Source of the DNA: an uncultured Gemmatimonadales bacterium
GTDB taxonomy: Bacteria; Gemmatimonadota; Gemmatimonadetes; Longimicrobiales; RSA9
Assembly: GCA_963798845.1 (NCBI GenBank)
Contig: CAWCUS010000003.1
Location: 32,001 to 96,000, forward strand
DNA length: 64,000 bases
Reading direction: 5' to 3'
Both the position numbers and the translations under genes were made by a program. Below, piece by piece: positions 20,101 to 29,516 of this stretch (positions are counted from its first letter, which is position 1; each line of letters begins with the position of its first letter). Below the pieces are notes generated by a model. It had not been told where the DNA came from. It saw only the letters and a program-made list of their open reading frames with translations, and did no database searches.

Positions 20101-20602
20101 TGTGGCCGAGCGCCGCCACCCACGCCGTGTTCGGGTCGCTCGGGTGGACGACGATCCGGCCGATCGCCTGCGTCTCCTTCAGCCCCGAGAACGTCCAGCT
20201 CTCTCCGCCGTCCCGGGACACGTACACGCCCCCACCCGGGGAGATCGAGTTGCGGGAGTCCTCCTCGCCCGTGCCCGCGTACAGCACGTTCGGATCGCTC
20301 GGTGCGATCGCCAGGTCCCCCATCGAGGCCACTCGCCCCACATCGAACAGCGGCTTGAACGTGGTCCCGTTGTTCGTGGTCTTCCATATGCCCCCCGCCA
20401 CCGACGCCACGTAGAACGTGGCCGTGCCGGGAACGCCCTCCACGTCCGTGATCCGCCCCGACATGTTCGGGGGGCCGATGTTGCGCCACTTGAACCCGGC
20501 GTAGAAAGCCGAGTCGGGGCCCTGCGCCAGGAGGGGCCGGGGGGCCACGAGCGCCGCGAGCGCCAGGATGGCGGCCGTGGCCAGAGGAACACGCGTTCGC
20601 AT
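17189..20602 (-). CDS. Secreted BNR/Asp-box (VPS10/sortilin-like) beta-propeller protein, often annotated as a glycosyl hydrolase
   Basis: Signal peptide; WRNIGP..MSGRI; many S/TxDGGxTW Asp-boxes; CGGLQDNG, GGDGF and ATHGRSIW. Confidence 0.85.
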   Translation of the reverse strand: MRTRVPLATAAILALAALVAPRPLLAQGPDSAFYAGFKWRNIGPPNMSGRITDVEGVPGTATFYVASVAGGIWKTTNNGTTFKPLFDVGRVASMGDLAIAPSDPNVLYAGTGEEDSRNSISPGGGVYVSRDGGESWTFSGLKETQAIGRIVVHPSDPNTAWVAALGHIWGANQERGVYKTTDGGKTWRRVKFISDRAGFVDLALDPRDPDVLWASSWERVRGPWFLESGGPGSGLWKSTDGGERWTEVTGGGFPSTEKGRIGIAMAASDPDVMYALVEAKADDTKGMSDDDAASSGLKGTGLYRSADGGHTWRWMNGVDTRPFYYSQVRVAPDDPDLVFWSSTPVQFSKDGGKTVGEATIGIHVDHHAMWWDASNPDHFIVGNDGGIAVTWDRGGTYDFVNTLPIGQFYHVSYDMSVPYRVCGGLQDNGTWCGPSRRARGGIDHHMWYTVSGGDGFYSQQDPTDPATVYAESQGGSMSRVNLVTGERSRMGKPEWQDRARPILDSIAVHEGVKEPREMTAAEQAKVEAWKKQAAEDSATYDLRYNWNTPIVLSPHAPHTIYTAGNRVLMSTDRGDTFKVISPDLTTRDPEKIEVSTKTTGGITKDVTGAETHATIVALAESPLVEGLLFAGTDDGNVWMRRPGAEWQQIRPKLFKGVPEHTWVSRIEPSHFDPQRFYVTFDGHRSDHFAPYVFVTNDGGGSFRTLAAGLPAGGPDFVHVVREDLVNPDLLFVGTDVGAYVSTDRGATWRRFMEGLPTVPVHDLEIHPRDHELIAATHGRSIWIVDIAPLQQLSTVRLADSPVLFAPAPGLEFGDAPSGGESTGHRYFEGESAPFGAEIAYYVPEGWTPPATRVAGDTDAPLGGPRPDVGTGAAGATVKTAGDTDLPFGGPGRPGSQRPERGARLKLAVLGAAGDTVATLEGPASPGLHRVTWNLQKRSEGQEPKSPSEVRDSIRADAAMVEVADSLVAHEGLARAAADRAIAMLRSGDRSRMWGGRGAGGGTTDRPGERYPEPKAESGPPAAGAGARAAQAAKPSGEVESPPAEGAKPSAEQTPEPSQDDIRGAMRQIFSAMRERGVRMSFRGGSGGGPGLVADGRYTVALPAGDETVTRPITVVRAAGFDPAAGGSELLDEEWLEP

Positions 20603-20801
20603 GGTCGCTGCTCCGGAATTCGGGTTGTGACGGTGAGCGCCTGATCAGGCAGGGGCGGTCGCAGAGATGACGCGCTGGCGCCGCGGAACGTTGGGAGCCC
20701 GTGCGGCCGCGGGGTCAGGACCGGTTGTCGCGCCCGCAGGGTGCGCCCGCGCCCCGCAGCCCACGGCCTGCGTCCCGCGGCGGCGCCGCCGCGCCCCCCC
20801 T

Positions 20802-22478
20802 CTACCAGCGGTCCAGGTCTTCCGAGAGGTTGTCCCGAACCTCGTCCGTGGCCAGCAGGATCAGCCGGTCGCCCCCTTCCAGCTGGCTCTCTCCGCGGGG
20901 TGGCCGCATGCGCTCGCCGCGCAGCAGGGCGATGAGCTCCGCGTCCGTGCCCAGCCGCTTCATGGCATCGGCCACGGTCAGGCCCACGAGTCCGCTCTCC
21001 TCCTTCAGGACCCCCACGGTGATGTGGCGCCCGCCCGGCAGCGTGACAGGGATCCCGGAGCGCAGGAGCGACAGCAGGTTCAGTGAGCCGATCTCCTCGG
21101 GATTCAGCAGCCCCCGGTGCTCCAGGAGCCGTAGCGCGATGTTGAGGTGCTCGGTGTGGAGCGCCGGCGAGTCGGCGCGCGTGGGCACCTGCGCTTCGTA
21201 CAGGCTCGGGTAGGGCACGCGGGCGGACAGCCACACGTGGACCAGGTAGCTGATGAACACCGCCAGCGCGGCGGGCACCAGCAGCGTGTACCCGCCCGTC
21301 ATCTCGGTGACCATCATGAGCGTGGCCAGCGGGACGTTGGCTGCACCGGCGAAGAGCGCCGCCATCCCCACGACCGCCATGGGCCCGGCCGGCTGGTGGA
21401 GCACGGCCGCCAGGAAAGCGCCGAGCATGGCGCCCGAGAAGAGCGTGGGGGCGAACACGCCGCCGGACCCGCCGGAAGACACCGAAAGCGCCATGGCGAT
21501 CATCTTGGCGAAGATGAGCACGGCGAGGGTGCCCATGACGAGCTGCCCGTTGATCGCCTGCTGGATCCAGCCGTAGCCGCCGCCCAGCACTTCGGGATAG
21601 AGCAGCGCGATGAGCCCGAGGAGCAATCCCCCGATGCCCGGCTTCAGCCAGACCGGGACGGGCAGCCGGCGGAACCCGGCGCGGGCGCCGTAGAAGATCA
21701 CCGGCACGAGCGTGGCCAAGAGCCCGCACGCCACCCCGAGGACCACGTACCAGCCGTAGTCGTAGACGTGCGGCAACCCCGTGTAGGGGGGAAAACGGAA
21801 GAGCGGCTGCCATCCGGTGAACAGCCCGTTCACTGCGTACGCCACGATGGACGCAAGCATGGTGTAGATCAGCGCACCGAACTCGAACTCCATCTCGGCG
21901 TACAGCACCTCGATGGCGAAAAGCGCAGTCCCCACGGGCGACCGGAAGATGGCCGACAGCCCCGCCGCCATGCCCACGGTGAGCAGCAGCCGCCGCTCCT
22001 CGTCGTCTCGCTTCGTGATGTCGGCATACCACGCGCCCACGCCGGCCGCGATGAGCGCGATCGGCCCCTCGCGCCCGGCGGCGCCGCCCGACCCGATGGT
22101 GATGGCGGACGCCACGGCCTTCACGGGCGCCACTCGCCCGCGCAGGAACCCGTTCTCCCGGTGGAACGCCCTCACCGCCGTGTCGGTGCCGTGCCCCTCC
22201 GCCTCGGGCGCCAGCCACGTGATGATGATGCCGACCACGAGCCCGCCGAGCGCAGTCGAGATCGGGATCAGCCACAGGCCGTGCGCACCGATCACCTGCT
22301 GGAGAACGCCGCCTTCGCCGGGGAGCCCCGGGGGTGAGTAGCCGGCGATCCGGCCGAGGAAAAGCCCGCTCGCCGCACGCAGCAGGAAGGTGAAGACCTG
22401 GGCCGCCGCGGCGCCGGCGAGTCCCAGGAGGATGCTGTCGACGATCAGTCGCCGCTGACGCTGCCCTTTCTCTGCCAC
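20802..22478 (-). CDS. ClC-family chloride channel/transporter with a C-terminal TrkA-C (RCK_C)-like domain
   Basis: GHGTD, GREGP, GGSGGVFAP and SLYEAQ; C-terminal SGLVGLTV...IALLRG...LEGGDRLIL. Start estimated at GTG 22478. Confidence 0.9.
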   Translation of the reverse strand: MAEKGQRQRRLIVDSILLGLAGAAAAQVFTFLLRAASGLFLGRIAGYSPPGLPGEGGVLQQVIGAHGLWLIPISTALGGLVVGIIITWLAPEAEGHGTDTAVRAFHRENGFLRGRVAPVKAVASAITIGSGGAAGREGPIALIAAGVGAWYADITKRDDEERRLLLTVGMAAGLSAIFRSPVGTALFAIEVLYAEMEFEFGALIYTMLASIVAYAVNGLFTGWQPLFRFPPYTGLPHVYDYGWYVVLGVACGLLATLVPVIFYGARAGFRRLPVPVWLKPGIGGLLLGLIALLYPEVLGGGYGWIQQAINGQLVMGTLAVLIFAKMIAMALSVSSGGSGGVFAPTLFSGAMLGAFLAAVLHQPAGPMAVVGMAALFAGAANVPLATLMMVTEMTGGYTLLVPAALAVFISYLVHVWLSARVPYPSLYEAQVPTRADSPALHTEHLNIALRLLEHRGLLNPEEIGSLNLLSLLRSGIPVTLPGGRHITVGVLKEESGLVGLTVADAMKRLGTDAELIALLRGERMRPPRGESQLEGGDRLILLATDEVRDNLSEDLDRW

Positions 22479-22695
22479 CTCGTGCTCCGGACCCCGATCC
22501 GTCCCGTGTCTTCCGCCGCCCACGCCGAGGCGACAACGTCCCGCCTGCAGGCATAAACATTCAACATGGCGCGGCCTGGCGGGACCCGCCACCGCGAGCA
22601 TCGTACCGCGCCGCACACCGCGGCGCGGGCGCTCGGCACCACTCGGCGCGCTCCCCGGTTGTACGGGGGACGGGACACCGCCATCTTCAGCGCCG

Positions 22696-24534
22696 ATGAA
22701 ACGGAATCGGCTACGCCGCCGCTGGCGCCGCGCCCTCCTCCGGGGGGCGGGGCTGTGGCAGCGTTTCGTGGAATGGTTCAACGGCCTCAACCTCGCCGAG
22801 GACAACATCCTCCTCGTCTTCGGCGTGGCCGTGGGCGTCGTCGGCGCGCTGGGAGTCATCGTCTTCTTCCACCTGATCGATCTCGCCTTCGACCTCTTCT
22901 ATCGCTGGCTCCCCTCCGAGCTGCCGCACCCCGACATGCCGTTCTACCGGCCGTTCCTCACCGCGATCGGCTTCGCGGCGGCTACCTGGGTGGTCCAGCG
23001 TGCCACGCGGCCTACGGACAAGCGTCCGAAGTCCGCCCAGCTCATTCCGCTGGTGCAGGTGGCCGTGGCACGGAACGACGGCAAGCTCCCGTTCAAGAGC
23101 ACGGTGGCCCGGATCATCGCCGCCATCTTCACACTCGGAAGCGGTGGGACGGCGGGAAGCGAAGGGCCGCTCGGGGTGGTGGGCGCCACTGCCGGGTCCT
23201 ACTTCGGCCGCGCGTTCCGCTTCGACGCGAGCCGCGTCAAGGTGCTGGTCGCGGCCGGCGCCGGCGCGGGCATCTCTGCCGCGTTCAACACGCCGCTCGG
23301 CGGCGCGTTTTTCGCCTTGGAAGAGATCCTCGGCGGCTTCGCGGTTTCCACGTTCGCCCCGGTGGTGGTGGCAAGCGTGGTTGCCGCGGTCATCTCCAGG
23401 TCCGTCTTCGGGGACCACCCCGCGATCGTGATCCCCATGGAGTACGGGTATCACGGTGTGCAGGAGGTGGTGTTCTTCTTCCCGCTCCTGGGCATCCTCG
23501 CGGGGCTCACGGTGGTGCTGTTCGTCAAGGTGTTCTTCGGCGTCGAGGAGCTCCGCGAGCGGATCCGCATCCCTCCGGCCGCCATCCCGTGGGTGGGCGG
23601 GTTCCTGGTCGGGCTGCTCGTGCTGGCTTCCCGGGGCATGCTGACCGGCTACGGCCACCTGGCGATCCGCCTCGACACCATGGCCCACCTGAGCGCGGGC
23701 GCCCTCCTGCTCCTCTGTCTCGGCCAGATCCTGGGCAACTCCCTCACGCTCAACACCGGCGGCTCCGGCGGTGTGTTCGCCCCTTCCCTCTTCGTGGGAG
23801 CCACGCTCGGCGCCTCCTACGGCGTGGCGCTGAAGGGGCTTTTCCCCTCCATGCCGCTCCAGCCGGAGGCGTATGCGCTCGTGGGCATGGGGAGCGTGTT
23901 CGCGGCCGCCACGGACGCCCCGCTCGCCGCCGTGCTCATGGTCTTCGAGATGACCAACGACTACGCCATCGTTCTCCCGCTCATGCTGGCCGTGGTGCTG
24001 AGCTACAACGTCGCCAAGCGGCTGGAGCCGGACTCCCTCTACAGCGGCTGGCTGCGACGACGGGGCGAGAGCCTCGAGCACGGCGTCGCCCGCGACGTCC
24101 TGGCCACGCTCACCGTCCGTAACGCCATGGAGGAGAACCCGCAGGTCATCGGGGAGAGTGCGTCCGTGAGCCAGATGATGGAGCACCTGGGGCGGGGCGA
24201 GCAGACCGATTACCCCGTGGTGGACGGGCAGCTCCGGGTCACCGGGCTCCTCCGGATCGGCGAGATCGGCCGCGTCGCCCGCGACCAGGCAGCCCTCGGA
24301 CCACTCCTCCTCGCCTCCGATATCGCCGACCCCGTCGAGACCGTCACTCCCGACGACACCCTCCTGGCCGCCATCCGCCGCATGGGCACCCGCGGCACCG
24401 GCATGCTCCCCGTGGTAGACCCGGTGAGCAATCGGCTGGTCGGCGTGGTCACCCGCGCCGCCATCCTGGCGCTCTACGAGAAGCAGGTGGCCGAGGAGGC
24501 CGCGGAGGGGCGGCCGGCCGACCCGCTGGAGTAG
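22696..24534 (+). CDS. ClC-family chloride transporter with a C-terminal CBS pair
   Basis: GSEGP, AAFNTPLGG, FFALEE, GGSGGVFAP and SLYSG; CBS-type segments YPVVD and LPVVD..LVGVVT. Confidence 0.9.
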   Translation: MKRNRLRRRWRRALLRGAGLWQRFVEWFNGLNLAEDNILLVFGVAVGVVGALGVIVFFHLIDLAFDLFYRWLPSELPHPDMPFYRPFLTAIGFAAATWVVQRATRPTDKRPKSAQLIPLVQVAVARNDGKLPFKSTVARIIAAIFTLGSGGTAGSEGPLGVVGATAGSYFGRAFRFDASRVKVLVAAGAGAGISAAFNTPLGGAFFALEEILGGFAVSTFAPVVVASVVAAVISRSVFGDHPAIVIPMEYGYHGVQEVVFFFPLLGILAGLTVVLFVKVFFGVEELRERIRIPPAAIPWVGGFLVGLLVLASRGMLTGYGHLAIRLDTMAHLSAGALLLLCLGQILGNSLTLNTGGSGGVFAPSLFVGATLGASYGVALKGLFPSMPLQPEAYALVGMGSVFAAATDAPLAAVLMVFEMTNDYAIVLPLMLAVVLSYNVAKRLEPDSLYSGWLRRRGESLEHGVARDVLATLTVRNAMEENPQVIGESASVSQMMEHLGRGEQTDYPVVDGQLRVTGLLRIGEIGRVARDQAALGPLLLASDIADPVETVTPDDTLLAAIRRMGTRGTGMLPVVDPVSNRLVGVVTRAAILALYEKQVAEEAAEGRPADPLE

Positions 24535-24642
24535 CGGAGCCGCGGAGAAATCCGGAGCCGTTGAGAAATCCGTAGCGGCGGAGAAACCCGGAGCCGCGGA
24601 GAAATCCGGAGCCGCGGAGAAATCCGGAGCCGCTGAGAACAC
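24535..24642. repeat. Tandem repeat, 6 x 18 bp (consensus CGGAGCCGCGGAGAAATC)
   Basis: Six consecutive units start immediately after the ClC stop codon. Three match the consensus exactly and three carry substitutions. Confidence 0.95.
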
Positions 24643-24723
24643 CGGACCACCCAGAGGCGCGGACCGCGCAGGGGAATCCCGGGATCCCGCGGTCCCGATC
24701 TCAGGTACAGACCGGCGGTCCGT

Positions 24724-25647
24724 TCAGCGGTTCCGCTCGACCCTCCCCGAATTCTCCCGGATCACCGTCTCACGCAGCCGCACTGCGTCCTCGTCGGGCT
24801 CGATGCCATGGCCGCGGCGCCGGGCGTAGACCTGGGTGAACTCGGCGCCCATGAGGAAGATCATGGAAGAGTAGTAAACCCACAGTAGGAGGATGGCGAG
24901 TGAACCGGCGGCGCCGTACGCGCCGCCCGGATGGCTGCGTCCGATGTAGAATGCGATGAGGAATCGGCCGATCACGAACAGGACGGTGGCGGCGAGGGCG
25001 CCGTGCCACACGTCGCCCCAGCGGACCCTGGCGTCGGGGAGCACCTTGTATACGGCCATGAACCCGATGGTGATGACCACTACCGAGGCGGCGAGGTCGA
25101 CCACCCACACCGTGACCTGGCCGAAGCCGCCGGGCATCACGGAAGCGGCGGCGCTACCGGCGGAGCTGAGGAGCGTGCCCACCACGATGGAGGCGAGCAG
25201 CAGGGCGGCTACGCCGAGGATCATCCCGAAAGACAGCGCGCGCTGAACGGCGAATCGGATCAGCCCGCTCTTCTTCGGGTCCTTCTGCACTTCCCACGCT
25301 TCGTTCAGCGCCGTCTGGATCTGGGCGAACGCGGTGGTGGCGCCGAAGATGAGCCCGGCAAGACTCAGCCCGGTGGCGAGCACGCTTCCGCCCCCGGCCC
25401 GGCGCGCGTTCCCGATCATGGACGCCACCGCCCGCGCGCCCGACTGCCCCATCACCGTCCCGATCTGCTTGACGAGCTGTCCCTGCACTTCCTGCTCGCT
25501 CATGAACAGCCCGGCCACCGTGACGACGATGATGACCAGCGGAGGGAGCGAGAAGACCGTGTAGTAGGAGAGCGCGGCCGCCATGCGCGGGGCGTCGTCG
25601 TCGAAGAACTCGTGGACCGTTTCCTTGACGAGGGCAAGATTGCTCAT
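24724..25647 (-). CDS. YihY/virulence factor BrkB family membrane protein
   Basis: AAALSYYTVFSLPP, YKVLPD and YGAAGSLAILLLWVYYS...GAE. Confidence 0.92.
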   Translation of the reverse strand: MSNLALVKETVHEFFDDDAPRMAAALSYYTVFSLPPLVIIVVTVAGLFMSEQEVQGQLVKQIGTVMGQSGARAVASMIGNARRAGGGSVLATGLSLAGLIFGATTAFAQIQTALNEAWEVQKDPKKSGLIRFAVQRALSFGMILGVAALLLASIVVGTLLSSAGSAAASVMPGGFGQVTVWVVDLAASVVVITIGFMAVYKVLPDARVRWGDVWHGALAATVLFVIGRFLIAFYIGRSHPGGAYGAAGSLAILLLWVYYSSMIFLMGAEFTQVYARRRGHGIEPDEDAVRLRETVIRENSGRVERNR

Positions 25648-25730
25648 GGGCGTCGAGTCGGCGCTCCCGGGGCGTGATTCCATCCAGCGATCCCGGGATG
25701 GACGCAGAAACGAGGCCGGCGCCCCAGCCG

Positions 25731-26216
25731 CTACCGGCTCGCCTTGACCTTCCGGAACACTTCCGCGAAGCCCTCCACGTCGGCCTGGCTGAAGGCCTCC
25801 GTCGCTGGCTGGTCGTCGACGCTGAAGCTGTCGTCGAGCCGCCGATCCGGATCGGTGAACACGAACCGCATCTTCCCGTCCTCCCAGCGGATGTCCTGGA
25901 CATCCGCCACCGCGTAGCGGGCGCGGAACCGGAGGGCCTTGCCCACCGTCTTCTGCACGAGACCGCCGATGAAGCCGGGGGCGTCCTCGGCGTCCGTGGA
26001 CGAGTCCACCTGCGCCCGTGCCGCCTGTACCACGCTGTCCGAAAGGGCGAAGTACACGAACTCCGGAGTCAACCCCATCTTCACACCGCCGTCGCGGCTG
26101 TGGATGGCATACATGTCCGGGCCGAGGTCGCTGCCACCGAAGTCGACGTCGGGCCGGTCCCGATCACCGCATGCAGCCAGCGGCACCAGCAGGGCGAGGG
26201 CGAGGAAGCGCTTCAT
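25731..26216 (-). CDS. Hypothetical lipoprotein
   Basis: GGAG RBS-like site, then MKRFLALALLVPLAAC lipoprotein signal. Confidence 0.75.
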   Translation of the reverse strand: MKRFLALALLVPLAACGDRDRPDVDFGGSDLGPDMYAIHSRDGGVKMGLTPEFVYFALSDSVVQAARAQVDSSTDAEDAPGFIGGLVQKTVGKALRFRARYAVADVQDIRWEDGKMRFVFTDPDRRLDDSFSVDDQPATEAFSQADVEGFAEVFRKVKASR

Positions 26217-26378
26217 GATCCGTTCTCCTGGCGGAGGGCCCATTCCTATGGAGTAGTAGAGCGGCGGCGGGATTGGCGCCAGGGCTCCGGCCGGCCGCGT
26301 GCGACGCGGGGGCGGGACGGGGGCGGCGGCCGTGCGGCGCGCGATTGTCGCCCGCGGACGCTGCGTCGATATTCGGGC

Positions 26379-27500
26379 ATGGCGAAGAGATCGGGAGCGG
26401 CGGACCTGCCGCTGCACGGGGGGAAGGCGCCGCGCTGGCTGTTCGACCGGATGCGCTCGCTGGCGCCGGCGGTGGTGGAGGCCATCGTCGCCGAGTATGG
26501 CCCGGGCGAGGTGCTGCGGCGGCTGTCGGACCCCTGGTGGTTCCAGGCGTTCGGCTGCGTGCTGGGGTTCGACTGGCATTCCAGCGGTGTGACCACCACC
26601 GTGTGCGGCGCGCTGAAGGCCGGGCTGGGGGGGCGGGGCATGGACACCGGGATCTGGGTGGCGGGCGGGAAGGGCCGCGCATCGCGCCAGACGCCGGCGG
26701 AGCTCACGGCCATTGCCGACCGGCTCGGCCTCGACGGAGAGCGGCTGGTCTACAACAGCCGGATGAGCGCCAAGGTGGACAGCGCTGCTGTACAGGACGG
26801 CTTCGGCCTCTACCACCACTCCTTCTTCCTGACCTCCACGGGCGAGTGGGCCGTGGTGCAGCAGGGGATGCGGGAGATGGACCGCTCGGCCCGTCGCTAT
26901 CACTGGCTGGGGGAGCGCGTCACCGACATGGTGCGCGAGCCCCACGCGGCCATCGCCAGCGAGCGCTCCGGTTGCCGCGTGCTCGACCTGACAGCCGCCG
27001 CCTCCGACCGGGCGCGCGCGGCGGTAGCCGACCTCGCGCGCGAATCCCCGGACCGGATCGCCCGCGAAGTGGACCGTCTCACGATCCTGGAGATGCCGCG
27101 CGGCCACGCCGTGGACCTGCGTCGCGACGTGGACCCGAAGCACCTCCACAAGGTGCTCACGTCCACCTATGCCGCCGCGCCCGCCACGTTCGAGGAGGTG
27201 CTCGGCGTCCGCGGGGTCGGCGCGAAAGGGGTGCGCGCGCTGGTCCTCCTGGCCGAGCTCCTCTACGGCGCTCCCGCCAGTGCCCGCGACCCCGCCCGCT
27301 TCTCCTTCGCCCACGGAGGAAAGGACGGCCACCCGTACCCAGTGGACCGCGCCACGTACGACAACACCATCGAGTTCCTGCGCACGGCGGTTGCAGGGGC
27401 GCGGGTGGGGCGCACCGAACGGGTGCACGCACTGAAACGCCTTTCGAGGCTGGACCAGGAGGCGGACTGGAAGACGGGAGCGGAATCGACAGGGCGGTGA
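26379..27500 (+). CDS. DUF763-domain protein
   Basis: DLPLHGGKAPRWLF, GFDWHSSGVTT, AKVDSAAVQDG and FAHGGKDGHPYPV. Confidence 0.9.
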   Translation: MAKRSGAADLPLHGGKAPRWLFDRMRSLAPAVVEAIVAEYGPGEVLRRLSDPWWFQAFGCVLGFDWHSSGVTTTVCGALKAGLGGRGMDTGIWVAGGKGRASRQTPAELTAIADRLGLDGERLVYNSRMSAKVDSAAVQDGFGLYHHSFFLTSTGEWAVVQQGMREMDRSARRYHWLGERVTDMVREPHAAIASERSGCRVLDLTAAASDRARAAVADLARESPDRIAREVDRLTILEMPRGHAVDLRRDVDPKHLHKVLTSTYAAAPATFEEVLGVRGVGAKGVRALVLLAELLYGAPASARDPARFSFAHGGKDGHPYPVDRATYDNTIEFLRTAVAGARVGRTERVHALKRLSRLDQEADWKTGAESTGR

Positions 27501-28723
27501 TCGCCCTCGGGTTCGCCCGGATGGCGGACGCGGTGGCGAATTCCTTCCTTGTGGTCGTGCTCCCGCTGTACATCGCGAGCACGCACGTCACCGGCACGGC
27601 GCTCGGGCTCAGCGACTCCGCGATCACAGGCGTGATCCTGGCCGCATTCGGCATCTTCAACGCCCTCATGCAGCCGTTCGCCGGCCGCATGTCGGACCGT
27701 GCCGGGAAACGCAAGCTGTTCGTGCTCGGCGGACTGATCGCGCTGGCCGGCTTCAACGCCCTCTACGGCTTTGCGGCCAGCTACCTCGCGCTCCTCGCCA
27801 TCCGAATCGGTCAGGGGCTCTGCGTAGCGTTCACCATCACCGCCACCGTGGCGCTCGTGAACGAGATCAGCACCCGCGAGAATCGGGGCGCGAACATGGG
27901 CGTGTACAACTCGCTGCGCCTCGTGGGCTTCGGCGTGGGGCCGCTCGCAGCCGGGTTCGTCGTCTCCAGCGGACCGTACGATGTGCTCGGCATGCGCTTC
28001 ACCGGCTTCGATGGCGCGTTCGCCATCGCCACCGTGGGCGCGCTGGTCGGCGCGGTGCTCGTTCTCGTCCTGGTGCACGACCCGGAGAGCACGACGGCCA
28101 CGCCGCGTCGCGTCGAGATCTCCGTCCGCTCCGCCGAGCCGGGCCACGTGCTCGACCCCCTTTTCACGCTCGGCCTGGCGACGCTGGTCATGGCCGGCTG
28201 CATCGCCCTGCTTGCGTCCATCGAGCCCCACGTCAACGCCCACCTGCACCAGGGGCCGCGCTGGTTCGGCATCCAGTTCGCCGTGTTCATCCTGTCGCTT
28301 GCGGTCGCGCAGCCGTTCATCGGCAAGCTCAGCGACCGGTGGGGCCGTCGCGGCTTCATCATCGTCGGGCTCATGCTGCTGGCGCCCACCACCCTGGCAC
28401 AGGGCCTGGTGGGCTCCTCCTGGGGGATGCTCGGCGCCCGTCTCGCCCAGGGACTCGCCGGCGCCATGGTCTTCGCGCCCGCCCTCGCACTCGGCGGCGA
28501 CCTCGCTGCCGCCGGACAGTCCGGACTCCAGCTCGCCATCCTCACCATGTCCTTCGGCCTCGGCCTCTCCGCCGGGCAGCTGGCTGCGGGCTTTCTCGTC
28601 GGATTGGGCTACATTGTCCCGTTCGCCATCGGCGCCGGCCTCGCTCTCGTGGCCGCGCTCGTCGTCCGCGCGGAAGTGGTGGCGCCGCCGAAGGCGGAAA
28701 CGGGACCTGAGAACGGAGGTTGA
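27497..28723 (+). CDS. MFS transporter
   Basis: About 12 hydrophobic segments; motif A twice (GRMSDRAGKR, GKLSDRWGRR). GTG start overlaps the upstream stop (estimated). Confidence 0.9.
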   Translation: MIALGFARMADAVANSFLVVVLPLYIASTHVTGTALGLSDSAITGVILAAFGIFNALMQPFAGRMSDRAGKRKLFVLGGLIALAGFNALYGFAASYLALLAIRIGQGLCVAFTITATVALVNEISTRENRGANMGVYNSLRLVGFGVGPLAAGFVVSSGPYDVLGMRFTGFDGAFAIATVGALVGAVLVLVLVHDPESTTATPRRVEISVRSAEPGHVLDPLFTLGLATLVMAGCIALLASIEPHVNAHLHQGPRWFGIQFAVFILSLAVAQPFIGKLSDRWGRRGFIIVGLMLLAPTTLAQGLVGSSWGMLGARLAQGLAGAMVFAPALALGGDLAAAGQSGLQLAILTMSFGLGLSAGQLAAGFLVGLGYIVPFAIGAGLALVAALVVRAEVVAPPKAETGPENGG

Positions 28724-28726
28724 CTC

Positions 28727-29098
28727 GTGCGCTTCCTGCTTCGTCTGCTCGCAACCGCCGCCGCCCTCTGGGTGGCCGTGCTCCTCATCCCCGGGATCGG
28801 CTATACGGGCGGATGGGCCGGCTTGCTCGGAGTGGCCCTGGTGTTCGGCTTCGTCAACGCGATCATCCGGCCGATCCTGAAGCTCCTGACCTGCCCGCTC
28901 GTGATCCTCACGCTCGGCCTCTTCGTCTTCATCCTCAACGCCTTCCTGCTCTGGCTCACGGCCCAGTTCGCCCAGGCGCTCGGACTCGCCTTCTACGTCC
29001 ACGGCTTCTGGGCGGCGCTCGTCGGCGCGCTGCTCGTGGGCATCGTGAGCACGGTGCTGAACCTGTTCGTCGGGAATACGGAGAAGGGGAAGGACTGA
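28727..29098 (+). CDS. Phage-holin-family (YvlD/DUF360) four-TM membrane protein
   Basis: FVNAIIRPILKLLTCPLVILTLGLF..ILNA signature. Confidence 0.88.
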   Translation: MRFLLRLLATAAALWVAVLLIPGIGYTGGWAGLLGVALVFGFVNAIIRPILKLLTCPLVILTLGLFVFILNAFLLWLTAQFAQALGLAFYVHGFWAALVGALLVGIVSTVLNLFVGNTEKGKD

Positions 29099-29201
29099 CC
29101 GGGGAAACCGCGCCTGGCCCCGCGTCCCCCTCCTTTCCGGCGTGCATCTTGACGCCTGGACGCTCGCACGCCTTCTTATCCCCGCATCCCGAACCGGGCC
29201 G

Positions 29202-29516
29202 ATGACCGATCCGACGATACAGGACCGCGCAGACGAGCAGCGCTTCGTCGCCGAAGTGGACGGGCACGAGGCGGAGCTCGAGTATGCCCGCGAAGGGGGT
29301 CGTCTGCGCCTGATCCACACCTCCGTTCCGGAAGCGGTGGAAGGCAGGGGCGTGGGGAGCGCGCTCGCCCGCCACGCCCTCGACCGGGCCCGGGAGCAGG
29401 GGCTGACCGTCTGGCCGGACTGTCCCTTCGTCGCCGCCTGGATCGAGCGTCACCCGGACTACCAGGACCTGGTCGATCCCGGGTTTCCCCGCCGCAAGGA
29501 GCTCGGTGCCGACTGA
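29202..29516 (+). CDS. Small GNAT-family (YjdJ-like) acetyltransferase
   Basis: HTSVPEAVEGRGVGSAL and PDCPFVAAWIERHPDY. Confidence 0.9.
   Translation: MTDPTIQDRADEQRFVAEVDGHEAELEYAREGGRLRLIHTSVPEAVEGRGVGSALARHALDRAREQGLTVWPDCPFVAAWIERHPDYQDLVDPGFPRRKELGAD

Noticed and set aside
22711..24642. 643-aa minus-strand ORF starting with FSAAPD repeats
   Set aside because: It is the antisense shadow of the ClC gene, and the N-terminus is just the 18-bp repeat.
28727..29098. Prophage remnant implied by the holin-family gene
   Set aside because: YvlD-type proteins are commonly chromosomal, and no phage genes flank it.
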